From IMG/VR virus record IMGVR_UViG_3300035199_000659, positions 32,006 to 96,005 of that record: a DNA stretch of 64,000 nucleotides; one strand, 5' to 3'. Within the stretch, counting starts at the first letter, position 1. Every line of letters starts with the position of its first letter. Below the pieces are notes generated by a model. It saw only the letters and a list, made by a program, of their open reading frames with translations, ran no database searches and was not told the DNA's origin. A program made the translations under genes and the position numbers. Shown piece by piece: positions 11,088-21,018 of the stretch. The stretch is from a virus.

Positions 11088-12466
11088 ACTCCTTCCGTGG
11101 CGCTAGGTGTGGTGCCGGTTGCTGAACCAGTGGCAGCTGTCGCGACGGCTGGGGTTGATGATACTACGTTCTTGCATGGCCAAGTAGAATTGATAACGTT
11201 TGCTCGTCGCTGCCAGTGCTTCTTCATTGCAGGGAACTTGCGCGATGCTTGGGTCTCCTTGGGCATGCTGATGCCCTTCACATATCCAAGCAATGTTTTT
11301 TCTGCATCCCAGCCGGCCATTCCAGCTAGCTTTGTGAAACCCTCAACGCCCAAACTGTTGCTAATTCCGGCGGCGATTGCAAATTGTCGGCCGGTTACCC
11401 AGCCGTGAGCCTTGGCTTTTTCAGATCCGGGGCCGGCCTTGGAACTCATCCACGTTGCTGTTTGGATACGCTTGGACTCTGGGCTTGCTGTGAATTTCTG
11501 CATTCCGCTTTTCCACCAGCCGGTTGAATAACAGCCGGTGCCATTATCATTTTCGCCCATTGGCGTCGTACCTTTACAGTTATTTTTCTGCTTTGTGAAG
11601 CTTCTTAACTGCGACACACTTCTGCCAAAATACTTCTGAGACACAGTATCACCCATGGCTTTATATAGTGAGTGAAGTCCTGAGTCTGCCCAATGGGCGA
11701 TGCCTATGGAGCCGCCATCAATAGCGATAACATCAGTATACTTTTTAGATTTTCCTTTCTTTGAAATAACATGATAGAGTGTGGTCTCAGCCCAATCCGC
11801 AGGTGCGGGTTCTGTGTCGCCGCAAGATTGGGCGGAAGTGAGCATTGGGGCGCCCCCGCCGCCGGCGGTGCCACCAAAAGCTGAGCCGATCGCATGGGCG
11901 CCTGCTGGGATCATGCGACCCAAGGAGCCAAAATTTGTACTCGCGAACATCTTTGATATGTTTTCGCATGTTTCAGATACACTTTTCTTATCCTCAAACG
12001 AGTCTTTAATTCTCACAAAATCTGCATTTTGTAGATCATACATCGTTCCGTTATCTCCAGCGCGGAACTTGCAAATAATAACGTCTCCCGCCTTAAAAGA
12101 CGGCAGGGCGCCGGCTTTTGTTAACGTTATTTTGGTATGCAGGCACACAACACCGTTATTGGCGCCGGGTGATGGGGCTGTACTTTCGTCGCACGGGTCT
12201 TCGCACAGTTGGTTGTGCGTCATTTTTAGCTCCGTAATACGACCCATAAATACATATTTGGAATCTATGCCGCTATTTTGCAGATCTTCTGGGTCATCGG
12301 CAGCAGTTGCGGGGCCTGAGTATGCTACTGGATCTGACAAAAGCTTGACGGCAAATTTCTTCTTTTTCTTAAAAATGTTTTTGCCACTTTTCATATGAAA
12401 AGAGCCTTCTGCATACTCTTTGGGTCCGTATAGATCTTTGCCTCTTAGGGCTGTTTTACTGCCCAT
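11084..12466 (-). CDS. Baseplate-associated protein: shared N-domain + putative lysozyme-like domain
   Basis: Shared N-domain; C-terminal IAIDGGSIGIAHW resembles the beta-hairpin of lysozyme-fold muramidases. Confidence 0.5.
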   Translation of the reverse strand: MGSKTALRGKDLYGPKEYAEGSFHMKSGKNIFKKKKKFAVKLLSDPVAYSGPATAADDPEDLQNSGIDSKYVFMGRITELKMTHNQLCEDPCDESTAPSPGANNGVVCLHTKITLTKAGALPSFKAGDVIICKFRAGDNGTMYDLQNADFVRIKDSFEDKKSVSETCENISKMFASTNFGSLGRMIPAGAHAIGSAFGGTAGGGGAPMLTSAQSCGDTEPAPADWAETTLYHVISKKGKSKKYTDVIAIDGGSIGIAHWADSGLHSLYKAMGDTVSQKYFGRSVSQLRSFTKQKNNCKGTTPMGENDNGTGCYSTGWWKSGMQKFTASPESKRIQTATWMSSKAGPGSEKAKAHGWVTGRQFAIAAGISNSLGVEGFTKLAGMAGWDAEKTLLGYVKGISMPKETQASRKFPAMKKHWQRRANVINSTWPCKNVVSSTPAVATAATGSATGTTPSATEGV

Positions 12467-12776
12467 CGTCCGCTGTTCCCTGAATCATATCAAATATGCT
12501 GTCTTTGTCGCCATCTGATAGTTCCGACGTCTCAACACGGCGCTTCTGGCGCAGGCCGATGAGCTTTACAAGCTGTTCGTTCGACCGTTGCATTGTTTCA
12601 ATATGCTTGGCAGCTACGGGACTAAGGTACTTATTTTGTTCAGAATCAGCTGCTATCTGGTTCGCAATCTCGTTTAAAAATTCACGAGCCAATTTCCTAT
12701 CATCTCGGATATTATCCAAGGCTTCGGTCATCAAATTATCCATTTCTTTTGTTTTCATAGCGAGCCGTTTTCCCAA
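12456..12776 (-). CDS. Hypothetical helical protein
   Basis: Overlapped in operon; coiled-coil-like; start may be the MKTKE Met. Confidence 0.6.
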   Translation of the reverse strand: MGKRLAMKTKEMDNLMTEALDNIRDDRKLAREFLNEIANQIAADSEQNKYLSPVAAKHIETMQRSNEQLVKLIGLRQKRRVETSELSDGDKDSIFDMIQGTADDGQ

Positions 12777-13468
12777 TCCTGCCTAAAATTAGAATATTTC
12801 TTGCGAAATTTCTTAAGAGAGTTAACAATCTGTTTGGTATTGAGATCAGTAATCTCGCGCAGGTATAAATAAATAGCTTTTTTGTTGAAAATTTCTATAT
12901 CTTCTTTGGACTCAAACAAGATCATGATCGCTTTATATACTTTAAGATCGTTATCTTTCATTTGTGATTCGTCCCACGAACGAATCTCTTGATAAAACGA
13001 ATCCCAAAATTCTTGTTCCACTCTATTGGAGAGATAAGACTCGGTAGTTGCTAAATATTCTTCTTCATATTTCTTAGAAATGTTTCCCAAATCTACTTCG
13101 CGTCGATTGCGTTTCTGCTGTTGTTTTACTTTATGAATAAACCAATTTTTAGTTATGACTGAGAAATATGAAAAGGCTTTCGAGCCCTTGTTTGGATCAT
13201 ACTTGTCCAAGATGGTAACGAGCCAAATTTTACACTCATCCCTAAGCGAATCGCAGTTTGGAAGTGTCGTAAATTTATAAGTAAAAACAATTTTATCCAC
13301 CATTTGATCAAAGGCCGGCTGAATATAATCAACATATAGCTGTGTTCTCGTTTTTATACATCTAATGCGTGCATATTGAACGATAGCGTCTTCGTGCACT
13401 TGTGTAAAATAATAGTTTTTGGTCTTGCTTCTACGCCTGCGGCGCTTGATCTTCTTCTGCGTCATCAA
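12755..13468 (-). CDS. Phage RNA polymerase sigma factor (gp55-like, late)
   Basis: NYYFT, LDKYDPNKGSKAFSYFSVITKN = sigma region 2 pattern of T4-like late sigma factors. Confidence 0.8.
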   Translation of the reverse strand: MMTQKKIKRRRRRSKTKNYYFTQVHEDAIVQYARIRCIKTRTQLYVDYIQPAFDQMVDKIVFTYKFTTLPNCDSLRDECKIWLVTILDKYDPNKGSKAFSYFSVITKNWFIHKVKQQQKRNRREVDLGNISKKYEEEYLATTESYLSNRVEQEFWDSFYQEIRSWDESQMKDNDLKVYKAIMILFESKEDIEIFNKKAIYLYLREITDLNTKQIVNSLKKFRKKYSNFRQDWENGSL

Positions 13469-13793
13469 ATAATTCCTTCTGTTCTTCTTCAGACATTTCT
13501 ATAGGTTCTTCCTCTGTGAGCGAGTAAACATATTCAAACGTCTCTAACTGCTCATTGAGAGAAACTGCGTGATTTAAGAGATGCTCTAATGTGGTGTCAC
13601 CATAAAACATTTCTAATTCATAAACTGATTTTGTGTGTTTTGCAAAAGCATCCACCATTGTTTGCAGGTCTCCCAGTTCCCCAGAAACCATTAACAGACG
13701 CCGGATTGCTGCTCGGGCATATACAAAAATCCCGACATTAAAGATGACTGAAAAAAATAGTACTGCGGACAATATTACTTCAAGTTTACTCAT
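13431..13793 (-). CDS. Membrane-anchored hypothetical protein
   Basis: N-terminal hydrophobic helix followed by an acidic helical region. Confidence 0.6.
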   Translation of the reverse strand: MSKLEVILSAVLFFSVIFNVGIFVYARAAIRRLLMVSGELGDLQTMVDAFAKHTKSVYELEMFYGDTTLEHLLNHAVSLNEQLETFEYVYSLTEEEPIEMSEEEQKELFDDAEEDQAPQA

Positions 13794-14046
13794 ATGTTTC
13801 TTCCTTTGCTTTACGCTTCTCTTCTTCTAAAATTTCTCTATTCTTCTCGATATACTCTTCGGTGACAGCTCCTACTTTTGTTTGCTGTTCTGCCGCAGGT
13901 ATCAAATATGTTGGTGATGTGAGGGCTCTTTGTAGTGCGGCTGGTGTGTTGCAGGTATGACAACTCAAATCAACCGCTTCTTCAAATAAATGAAAAATGA
14001 TCTTCTCGTCCTCACACATGCAACACACATAACGATAGCGCGGCAT
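13786..14046 (-). CDS. FmdB-like zinc ribbon protein
   Basis: MPRYRYVCCMC...CHTC pattern. Confidence 0.7.
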   Translation of the reverse strand: MPRYRYVCCMCEDEKIIFHLFEEAVDLSCHTCNTPAALQRALTSPTYLIPAAEQQTKVGAVTEEYIEKNREILEEEKRKAKEETYE

Positions 14047-14282
14047 TACTTTACCATATTTTCTAAATCATTATTAGAAATTTCACTCTCATCCGAGAAT
14101 CTGACTGACGGTGGATTCTTCACCATCAGGCCGTCTTCCGTACTCACCAGTTCAAAGCCCTTGAGAATAGGGACGATGTCTATCTGATTAAGCAAGGACT
14201 CTTGCAGGGCCATCATAATGGCCCCCAGAGCTTGGTTGGATAATCTCAAATCTTCAGTAGTGTTTTCCATGTTAACCTCCAA
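14046..14282 (-). CDS. Hypothetical protein
   Basis: Fills the operon gap; GGAGG RBS before MENTT. Confidence 0.6.
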   Translation of the reverse strand: MEVNMENTTEDLRLSNQALGAIMMALQESLLNQIDIVPILKGFELVSTEDGLMVKNPPSVRFSDESEISNNDLENMVK

Positions 14283-15117
14283 AACAACTTTCTAGTCCAT
14301 TTTTAATATCAATTTGGGCAGACCACCCCAATTCTTTTAGCGCTTCCACTTTGGCACAAGAAAATTTAATATCCCCTTCTCTCTCGGGTTCTTCTGACCA
14401 TAGTGCGCGGACATGCTGGTTGATATGCTGTCTAACATAGTCGATACTTGTCTCTACGCCAGTACCAACGTCGTAATTAGCGCCATTAAAATTCTCATCG
14501 TGTTCCATGCAAAAAATATTTGCTGCTATTATATCATCGACGTGAATAAAATCTCTAGTTTGTAGTCCGTCGCCATCAATCCTTAGTTGGCGGCCAGCGC
14601 GAAGAGCATCCATCCAAGCAGAAATGACTGTAGAATAGGGGCCGCCGTACTTTTGATCTGCAGAATATACATTAAAATACCGAAGGCACACAGTGTCTAC
14701 ATCATACAATTTAGAATACAGTTTGCATTCATCTTCGGTCATCATCTTATGTAATCCATAGGGGCTTGAAGCCCCATAGACGGCCGCAGAGCTAGCAAAA
14801 ATTACGCGGCGGGCATTGACTGCCTTAGCAAATTCTAACACCCTTGAAGAGCCCAGCACATTGTGTGACAGTGATTCAGAAGGGTTTTCCACGCTCCAAG
14901 AAACACTCGGCTTAGCTGCCAGATGAAAAATATACTCCGGCTTACATTTTGGCCATGGTCGGCCGTTGAAAAACATATGCCGGCGGATGTCTAAACCTTC
15001 AATCGGGTCCAGTGATGCCATATCGATACCATGGACCTCGTGGCCCGACTCTATAAGCTTATTATAAAGTTTAGCACCTATATATCCCTTATGTCCGGTA
15101 ACGAGGCATCTAGCCAT
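14272..15117 (-). CDS. NAD-dependent epimerase/dehydratase
   Basis: VTGHKGYIG, HLAA, YGLHK, LRYFNVY, GDGLQTRDFIHV. Confidence 0.9.
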   Translation of the reverse strand: MARCLVTGHKGYIGAKLYNKLIESGHEVHGIDMASLDPIEGLDIRRHMFFNGRPWPKCKPEYIFHLAAKPSVSWSVENPSESLSHNVLGSSRVLEFAKAVNARRVIFASSAAVYGASSPYGLHKMMTEDECKLYSKLYDVDTVCLRYFNVYSADQKYGGPYSTVISAWMDALRAGRQLRIDGDGLQTRDFIHVDDIIAANIFCMEHDENFNGANYDVGTGVETSIDYVRQHINQHVRALWSEEPEREGDIKFSCAKVEALKELGWSAQIDIKNGLESCFGG

Positions 15118-16084
15118 CTATCTCACCTATCTTATCAAATGCTGATTTCCAATCCGTAAATCGAATAGCTTTATCATCGATATAGTATCTGGCGCGAGGC
15201 TTCTCAGCGGTCACTTTGCTGACGAATTGTGCCATATTATGCTTCTTGAGCCACTCCCAAATAAGCGCTGTTCCGGTTTTTCCGTTAATCAGGCCTCTAT
15301 CCGGCTTTGCTTTGCAACTATAAATGATTATAGTATGCTCCTGTGACAGCTTCTTGAGCGCATCATATGAACCTTCAATGGGCTCATCATAAATTGTCCC
15401 ATCATAATAGCCCCTAGAGTTCTTGTGGATAACGCCGTCAAAATCAATGCCAATATTAATCTGTTCATCCGGGTAACTGTGTTCTCTAATTTTACCACCC
15501 TTCCAATTCAGCTTCTTAAGGGCCTCCGGGCTGTTTTCGCCAATGGGCGGGCAAACATTCCCAGAACCATGAGTTAGTTGGTATGTTAGAAGTAGCGTGA
15601 GCACCTCCGCAGTGTGGTAGTAGTCGGCGCCAAGGATAACTTTGGTAAGCTTATCAATCTCCAGAGGGATATCCTTTGAGGTAATCATTGCAATTTGCAT
15701 CCCATTTGAAGAGGCCCACTGCAGTGCCTTGAGAATGTCCACGGAGGTGCCAGAAGACGAGACTCCCAAAACCAAGGACTTCTTCATTTGCGACTTGGTG
15801 CGAGTTGCGGTTCGACAAGACAGCCAATTAACCATCCACTGCTCAAAGCTCGTATCATTAATGAAGGATGTGGCCACTACTCCGCTAGCGGGGCACATAG
15901 CATTCTTGGTGCCATTAGATAAACGCGTCATATCAACGGCAGCATGATCGGCTACAGCCATATTGCCGCCATGGCCTAGAACATATATATCGTCACACTC
16001 ATTATACTGGGCTTGTAACGCTTCCCATTCTGGAGTGTGTACGATTTGTACGAACTTTTCTCCAATATTTTCAAAATTAAGCAC
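15110..16084 (-). CDS. SIS-domain sugar-phosphate isomerase (GmhA-like) fused to HAD phosphatase
   Basis: GHGGNMAVADH and SSSGTS (SIS); IGIDFDGVIH and YYIDDK (HAD). Confidence 0.8.
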   Translation of the reverse strand: MLNFENIGEKFVQIVHTPEWEALQAQYNECDDIYVLGHGGNMAVADHAAVDMTRLSNGTKNAMCPASGVVATSFINDTSFEQWMVNWLSCRTATRTKSQMKKSLVLGVSSSGTSVDILKALQWASSNGMQIAMITSKDIPLEIDKLTKVILGADYYHTAEVLTLLLTYQLTHGSGNVCPPIGENSPEALKKLNWKGGKIREHSYPDEQINIGIDFDGVIHKNSRGYYDGTIYDEPIEGSYDALKKLSQEHTIIIYSCKAKPDRGLINGKTGTALIWEWLKKHNMAQFVSKVTAEKPRARYYIDDKAIRFTDWKSAFDKIGEIDG

Positions 16085-16762
16085 TTAAGTTATCTCCTTG
16101 TAAAACTCTAGTAATCCTGTTGTATCCATTCCTACTGCTATAATACCATATCCTTGGTATTTTTTAAGCTGATTCTTCACGTCAGTGGGAATGTGAACAG
16201 CCATCTGGTGTATCGGAACAACTTTTTTTACCGCATGCAGAGCATCTAAGTATTCCTTATTGTCAAAATTGCCGGGGTCTCCCAGACTTGCGCTTAGATC
16301 ATACGGCCCAATCATATAATAATCAAAATCATATGAGAATATCTTTTTGATATTATCAATGCCGGCTTTAGTCTCTACCTGTGCGATAATGCGCGGTGGG
16401 TATGTGATTAGGGGGGCAATGCCCCATCTATTTTGCCTCACGAGGCCCAAGCCTCGCTTGCCCCCGTAATGAGGGAACTTGCAAATTTCATTAATCTTTT
16501 GACATTGCTCTTCAGTTTCAACAGTTGAAAAAATGATCCCGTCGGCGCCGGCATCAAGGCAGGCGCGGGCGAGAGTTTTGCTTGGTTCGGTTAAGCGCAC
16601 ATAGCACAATTTACCGCAACCTTCTATAACTTGTATACACGAATATAAAGTTTCATTATTAAAAAAGCCATGTTCGGTATCTATTACAATCCCAGCGGCA
16701 GAGGTGTTGCAAAGTAACTCTGATACTACTGGGGAAGGGATTTGCTGCCATGCGAATTTCAT
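16085..16762 (-). CDS. HpcH/HpaI class II pyruvate aldolase
   Basis: IDTEHG, LDAGADGII, QVET, IGPYDLSASLG. Confidence 0.9.
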   Translation of the reverse strand: MKFAWQQIPSPVVSELLCNTSAAGIVIDTEHGFFNNETLYSCIQVIEGCGKLCYVRLTEPSKTLARACLDAGADGIIFSTVETEEQCQKINEICKFPHYGGKRGLGLVRQNRWGIAPLITYPPRIIAQVETKAGIDNIKKIFSYDFDYYMIGPYDLSASLGDPGNFDNKEYLDALHAVKKVVPIHQMAVHIPTDVKNQLKKYQGYGIIAVGMDTTGLLEFYKEIT

Positions 16763-17214
16763 TTATGGTTGCTCACGTAATCAGAACATATCCCTGCACA
16801 AAGCTGTAGATCATGTTCTGTGTATTTAATATGACTAATTTCAGGCATAACGCAAATTGACCGCGGTGTCAAGATACTGCCCGGATAGGACCAAATAAAC
16901 CCGGCTGTTGTAAGGGTGTAATAATCTGTTTGGTGCCAAAAGGCGTTGCATGCTGTGGTTTGCTGGGAAAAGGTATAGAAGGATTGGATATCTTTGGTGT
17001 GCATCCATAAATATTGAGAGCGCTCAAAAATCCAATCTGGTGAAACCTCGTACCGTGCTTCGTCATGGCCAAGATATAATCCATCTGCAAAGGTGCCTCT
17101 TATATCCACCTCTACATTATAACCACTATCAATAGCTTTGTCAACATATTCTGGATTATTTTCCATTTCTATGTTGGGTCCGTTGATATTTCCTCTGTGT
17201 GCTATTAAAATCAC
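16759..17214 (-). CDS. GDPD-like (PLC-like phosphodiesterase) protein
   Basis: IAHRGN, VEVDI, LGHD, GICSD. Confidence 0.75.
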   Translation of the reverse strand: MILIAHRGNINGPNIEMENNPEYVDKAIDSGYNVEVDIRGTFADGLYLGHDEARYEVSPDWIFERSQYLWMHTKDIQSFYTFSQQTTACNAFWHQTDYYTLTTAGFIWSYPGSILTPRSICVMPEISHIKYTEHDLQLCAGICSDYVSNHK

Positions 17215-17906
17215 TTCTTCACCACGTATGCTGTCGGACAGATATAATTCAAAGTCTTGATTTCTACGTCTTTATCGGCAAAAAAACGGTCAGCGCCGGC
17301 TGATTCCGACCATTTGTGAAAGGCATATTCATCAAACACAACAATGCCACCCTTTACAACTCGAGCCCACATCGCTTTAAGTGCCTCATAGGTGGGAATG
17401 TCTACGTCTAAATCGACATAAAGCATCGAAATTCTAAATCCGGGGCGTTCAGCAACATATTTTGCAGCTGTTTCGGTGATATCGCCGGGCACAAGGTCAA
17501 ATTCGTGCTCTTCAAAGCCACACTGCTTAACAAAATTGCCAAACAACTCGGCATGATTGTCTGAATGCTTGTAATTTCGTTGGTTAAACAGGGTATTCAT
17601 CGCCTCTTTGTCGATTCCAGAGAGGCTTTCTACAAGCTTTTCAGAGTCAAAAAAGTCAAATCCAACCACCTTTTTGCCGCTATTTGGGCATAAAAACCGC
17701 TTAAGCTTGAGAAAAGTAAGCATTCCAGTGCCTTTGAAGACTCCGCACTCAACAATGTCGCCCGGGAGGTCTTTTACCTGTTGGGCCAACAAAGTTCTGG
17801 CTAAAAGCTTGCCAAACACCTTTGTATCGGGACTCAAGATAAACCCATTAAAGCAATCGTATAGGTTCTGTGATGTATCGATGATTTCTAGTTCTTTAAG
17901 ATCCAT
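17211..17906 (-). CDS. TylF/MycF-family O-methyltransferase
   Basis: PGDIVECGVFKG, GFDFF, LYVDLD, GGIVVFDEY. Confidence 0.85.
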   Translation of the reverse strand: MDLKELEIIDTSQNLYDCFNGFILSPDTKVFGKLLARTLLAQQVKDLPGDIVECGVFKGTGMLTFLKLKRFLCPNSGKKVVGFDFFDSEKLVESLSGIDKEAMNTLFNQRNYKHSDNHAELFGNFVKQCGFEEHEFDLVPGDITETAAKYVAERPGFRISMLYVDLDVDIPTYEALKAMWARVVKGGIVVFDEYAFHKWSESAGADRFFADKDVEIKTLNYICPTAYVVKK

Positions 17907-19277
17907 CTACTTCTCATGAAATTTGTTAAAGTAATCCAAGTCTTCGGGTGTTCCGATGCCCCACATACCATCAAAGTGGAAAGTTTTGATCTTCTTGCCA
18001 TCATTCACAGCCTCGTTGAAAACGGGGCACACATAAAACTCATTGTTAACTCTATTGTTGTTGGCTATCATCTGCTCGGCATACTTTACATAATCAGAAC
18101 CATGTTTCCAGTAGTAAATGCCCGTTGTAGCAATATCACTAATAGGCTTCTTCTCAGCCACCTCTGTGACGAACCCTTCGGAACCAAGCTTTGCAAAACT
18201 CCACTTGGGGTGAGTCGCTGTAAACGTGAGCATGCCTCCGTCAACTTCGTCAGCTTCCATCGCATACATGAATTCGTTGCTGTCCCAGTCTAAAAACTGA
18301 TCTGAATTCGCATACAGCAAGGGTTCGTCGTTGTCAATAAACTCTTTGGCAAGAAGCGTGGTACACGCAGCGCCCTCGGTCATACCGTCGACCTGTATAA
18401 TCTCACAACCGGGGGAAATGAGGCCCAACAGGTGCTTTAGGTTATATTCTTCATAGTGTGATTTTTGAACCACGAAGATGTGTCGTGCATCAATATTTAA
18501 ATTTTCAACGACAACTTGAATCATTGGCTTTCCGTTCACCTCGATAAGGGGTTTGGGAAAGGTATATCCGGCTTTTTGAAAGCGTGAGCCGGCGCCAGCC
18601 ATGGGGATTAAAACGTTCATACCACCTCCTTGCCATTTGGGTCTTGTGTTTTCTTGTCCGTCTGCTTTTTTAATTGTACTCTTGATCTTCTCATATGTAA
18701 CATCACTGCTGTTTTTCACCCCGCACAAATGTGCGCCGCTGCGAAGGGCAGCCTTGCGGCCGTGGTGGGAATCTTCCACAATTAAAGTCTCGTCGGGCTC
18801 TACTCCGACTCGCAACATACAGCGCATGTATATTTCAGCGCTTGGTTTTGGTTTGCTTACATCTTGGTTAGAATACATAAAGTCAAGATGTTCAAAAAAG
18901 CCGCGCCGAATTAGCTGCAGTTTCGCTGTTTCTCTAATTGAGTTTGTGGCGCATGCCAGTGTATACCCCTCCGACTTTAGTTTCTTCAGCAGTTGAACGA
19001 TTCTGCGATCAATTGTAAAATTATCAATTATCTCAGTTGTCTTTTTTTGTTTTAGTTTCCACACTGCATTGTGAAGGTCTTTTGGCAGGTGTCTAGTTTT
19101 TGTTAACATTTGAAGCTTTTTCGTAGTTGATAGCCCATCAAATGTAGAAAGGTGCTCCTCTCTTCCAATTACATACTTTTCGTCGACATCACCCAAAGCC
19201 TCGTTCAAAGCCTCGTAATGCAACTCGCGTGCGTCGACTAACACGCCATCTAAATCAAATACAACTAATTTAATCAT
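17907..19277 (-). CDS. HAD phosphatase fused to sugar nucleotidyltransferase
   Basis: FDLDGVL, KPKP, EDS (HAD-IA); IPMAGAGSRF...PKPLI, GTPEDL (NTP transferase); start moved to MIKLVV. Confidence 0.85.
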   Translation of the reverse strand: MIKLVVFDLDGVLVDARELHYEALNEALGDVDEKYVIGREEHLSTFDGLSTTKKLQMLTKTRHLPKDLHNAVWKLKQKKTTEIIDNFTIDRRIVQLLKKLKSEGYTLACATNSIRETAKLQLIRRGFFEHLDFMYSNQDVSKPKPSAEIYMRCMLRVGVEPDETLIVEDSHHGRKAALRSGAHLCGVKNSSDVTYEKIKSTIKKADGQENTRPKWQGGGMNVLIPMAGAGSRFQKAGYTFPKPLIEVNGKPMIQVVVENLNIDARHIFVVQKSHYEEYNLKHLLGLISPGCEIIQVDGMTEGAACTTLLAKEFIDNDEPLLYANSDQFLDWDSNEFMYAMEADEVDGGMLTFTATHPKWSFAKLGSEGFVTEVAEKKPISDIATTGIYYWKHGSDYVKYAEQMIANNNRVNNEFYVCPVFNEAVNDGKKIKTFHFDGMWGIGTPEDLDYFNKFHEK

Positions 19278-20199
19278 TTCTAAATTTTTCTCCACTCTTA
19301 AACGGGTGAACATCGATATCAGAACACTTGTTGGCATCAAGCCAATAGTCGCCCGGGCGCCAGCCTACATAATTCTTGTCCTTCAATTCGATATCCTTTT
19401 CAAAATAATAATACTGCACAAAGCTTGGCACGTGTGGTGGACTGGGCGGGTTATCTACAAAATCTTTTGACCAGCGAGTAAGCCAACCATAATAACTTGG
19501 CTGCTCCTTCCACGTGTCTTTCCATTTCCAATAAAATATCTGGGATGTGTGATACCAACCTTCCTTAGCATTATCGTTACTCTTCATCTCTCGCCACGTG
19601 GCCTCTCCACCTTGATATTCAGAGGTATCTAACTCCAAAGCATCCTTCTCATTTAATAGTCTACCATGAACCCTGTCATTTATTAAGGACTTATCTTTAT
19701 TGTGAATGAGTGCTCTGATGTAGTAATCTGCTTCTTTGTTGGCCGGCGTAACAAAACGTTCGTCCCACATACCAATCTTCTTGACTGCTTCGGGTCGATA
19801 ACTTACTATATTGTCTCCTAGCTGGCCGGTGATGAATGTATATTTCTTGTGCATTTTCAACAAGTTGGTAGCCCAGTTAGAACTAAGAACTATGTCATTT
19901 TGCATTGTAGCAACAATTTTAGTATCAGGATTGTTTAAGTCTTTAAAACCATGTAAAAGGGCTTCGTTCCAGTTTCTCGCCAGATTGCCAGTGTCCCAGT
20001 CGGGTCGAGTGCTGTTATGTATTACATTGACTTTATCGACAAATTGCTCATCTAAGTGAAATTCAGAATGGTTATTGATAACGTTTACTTCGGTATCAGG
20101 AATATTTGCAAAATCTGTTTTGTTAAATAATGTATCTAAAGTTTTGTTTAATATATCAGTGCGTCTATATGTGACGATAAAGACTTTCATATTTTTCAT
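19270..20199 (-). CDS. Glycosyltransferase (GT-A/GT2-like)
   Basis: IVTYRR, QND, IGMWDERF, EADY. Confidence 0.7.
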   Translation of the reverse strand: MKNMKVFIVTYRRTDILNKTLDTLFNKTDFANIPDTEVNVINNHSEFHLDEQFVDKVNVIHNSTRPDWDTGNLARNWNEALLHGFKDLNNPDTKIVATMQNDIVLSSNWATNLLKMHKKYTFITGQLGDNIVSYRPEAVKKIGMWDERFVTPANKEADYYIRALIHNKDKSLINDRVHGRLLNEKDALELDTSEYQGGEATWREMKSNDNAKEGWYHTSQIFYWKWKDTWKEQPSYYGWLTRWSKDFVDNPPSPPHVPSFVQYYYFEKDIELKDKNYVGWRPGDYWLDANKCSDIDVHPFKSGEKFRND

Positions 20200-21018
20200 T
20201 TATTGTCCTCGCTCGATTTTTCGCGGTATAAAGACGTGATATTCGATGAGACCGTCGAAAGCCTTAATCAGTCTCGGATCATAATCTACATTATATTTTG
20301 AAACTATATCCCACACGTCTTTAAATGTTACACCACCAAATGATTTATCAACATGAACTTCTAAGAAGATAGTAGGCTTAAATTTTTCTAAAAACTTTTG
20401 GGCGCCGCGCATCACCGCAGCCTCAGCGCCCTCAACGTCAATCTTTACCACATCTACTTTTGCATAATCTTTTATATAATCATCTAAAGTAGTAGAGGCA
20501 TAAGAAATATCCACTGCATGGCGATTTGGAAGTTCAATACCACCGCATCGGCTGCTACCGGCTCCGCCTTGGGTATCTGGACACATGTAATGTCGCAGAT
20601 CAATTTTCTGCCCTGTTGTATCTGATAAAACTGATTCATAAATATCAATGTTTATCTTATCTTTATCTCTCTGAAAGTGTTCAATATAAAAGTCTGCGTT
20701 CTGTTTGAATCTTTCATTTCGGGGGCGGTCGGGCTCGAAGGCCACGATGGTAGCCTTATGGCAAAACTCTATAACTGAACAAGAATAACAGCCTTCGGCG
20801 GCGCCCACATCAAAAAATACTAACTCATCCAGAATCATTGACATGCCCTTGATTTGTTTTCGAAAGGTTTGGTACATTTCTTCAGGATGATTGGCGGCAT
20901 CCCAGCGCCACTCTTTTGATGTGTCTAAGCACTCTTGCGTCTTAACGCGAATCTGCTCTGGCGTAAAATACTTCTCATATTGTTTGGGTCGCAGCATGTG
21001 TGTGGTTTTTTTAATCAT
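20200..21018 (-). CDS. FkbM-family methyltransferase
   Basis: FDVGAAEG, AFEP, TLDD, KIDVEGAE. Confidence 0.9.
   Translation of the reverse strand: MIKKTTHMLRPKQYEKYFTPEQIRVKTQECLDTSKEWRWDAANHPEEMYQTFRKQIKGMSMILDELVFFDVGAAEGCYSCSVIEFCHKATIVAFEPDRPRNERFKQNADFYIEHFQRDKDKINIDIYESVLSDTTGQKIDLRHYMCPDTQGGAGSSRCGGIELPNRHAVDISYASTTLDDYIKDYAKVDVVKIDVEGAEAAVMRGAQKFLEKFKPTIFLEVHVDKSFGGVTFKDVWDIVSKYNVDYDPRLIKAFDGLIEYHVFIPRKIERGQ

Noticed and set aside
1-12466. Bacterial T6SS/eCIS locus
   Set aside because: The gp55-like sigma, PhoH, tRNAs, single-strand dense gene packing and lack of housekeeping genes point to a large phage
8471-12466. Diversity-generating retroelement behind the paralogues
   Set aside because: No reverse transcriptase and no adenine-specific TR/VR pair; similarity is at diverged protein level
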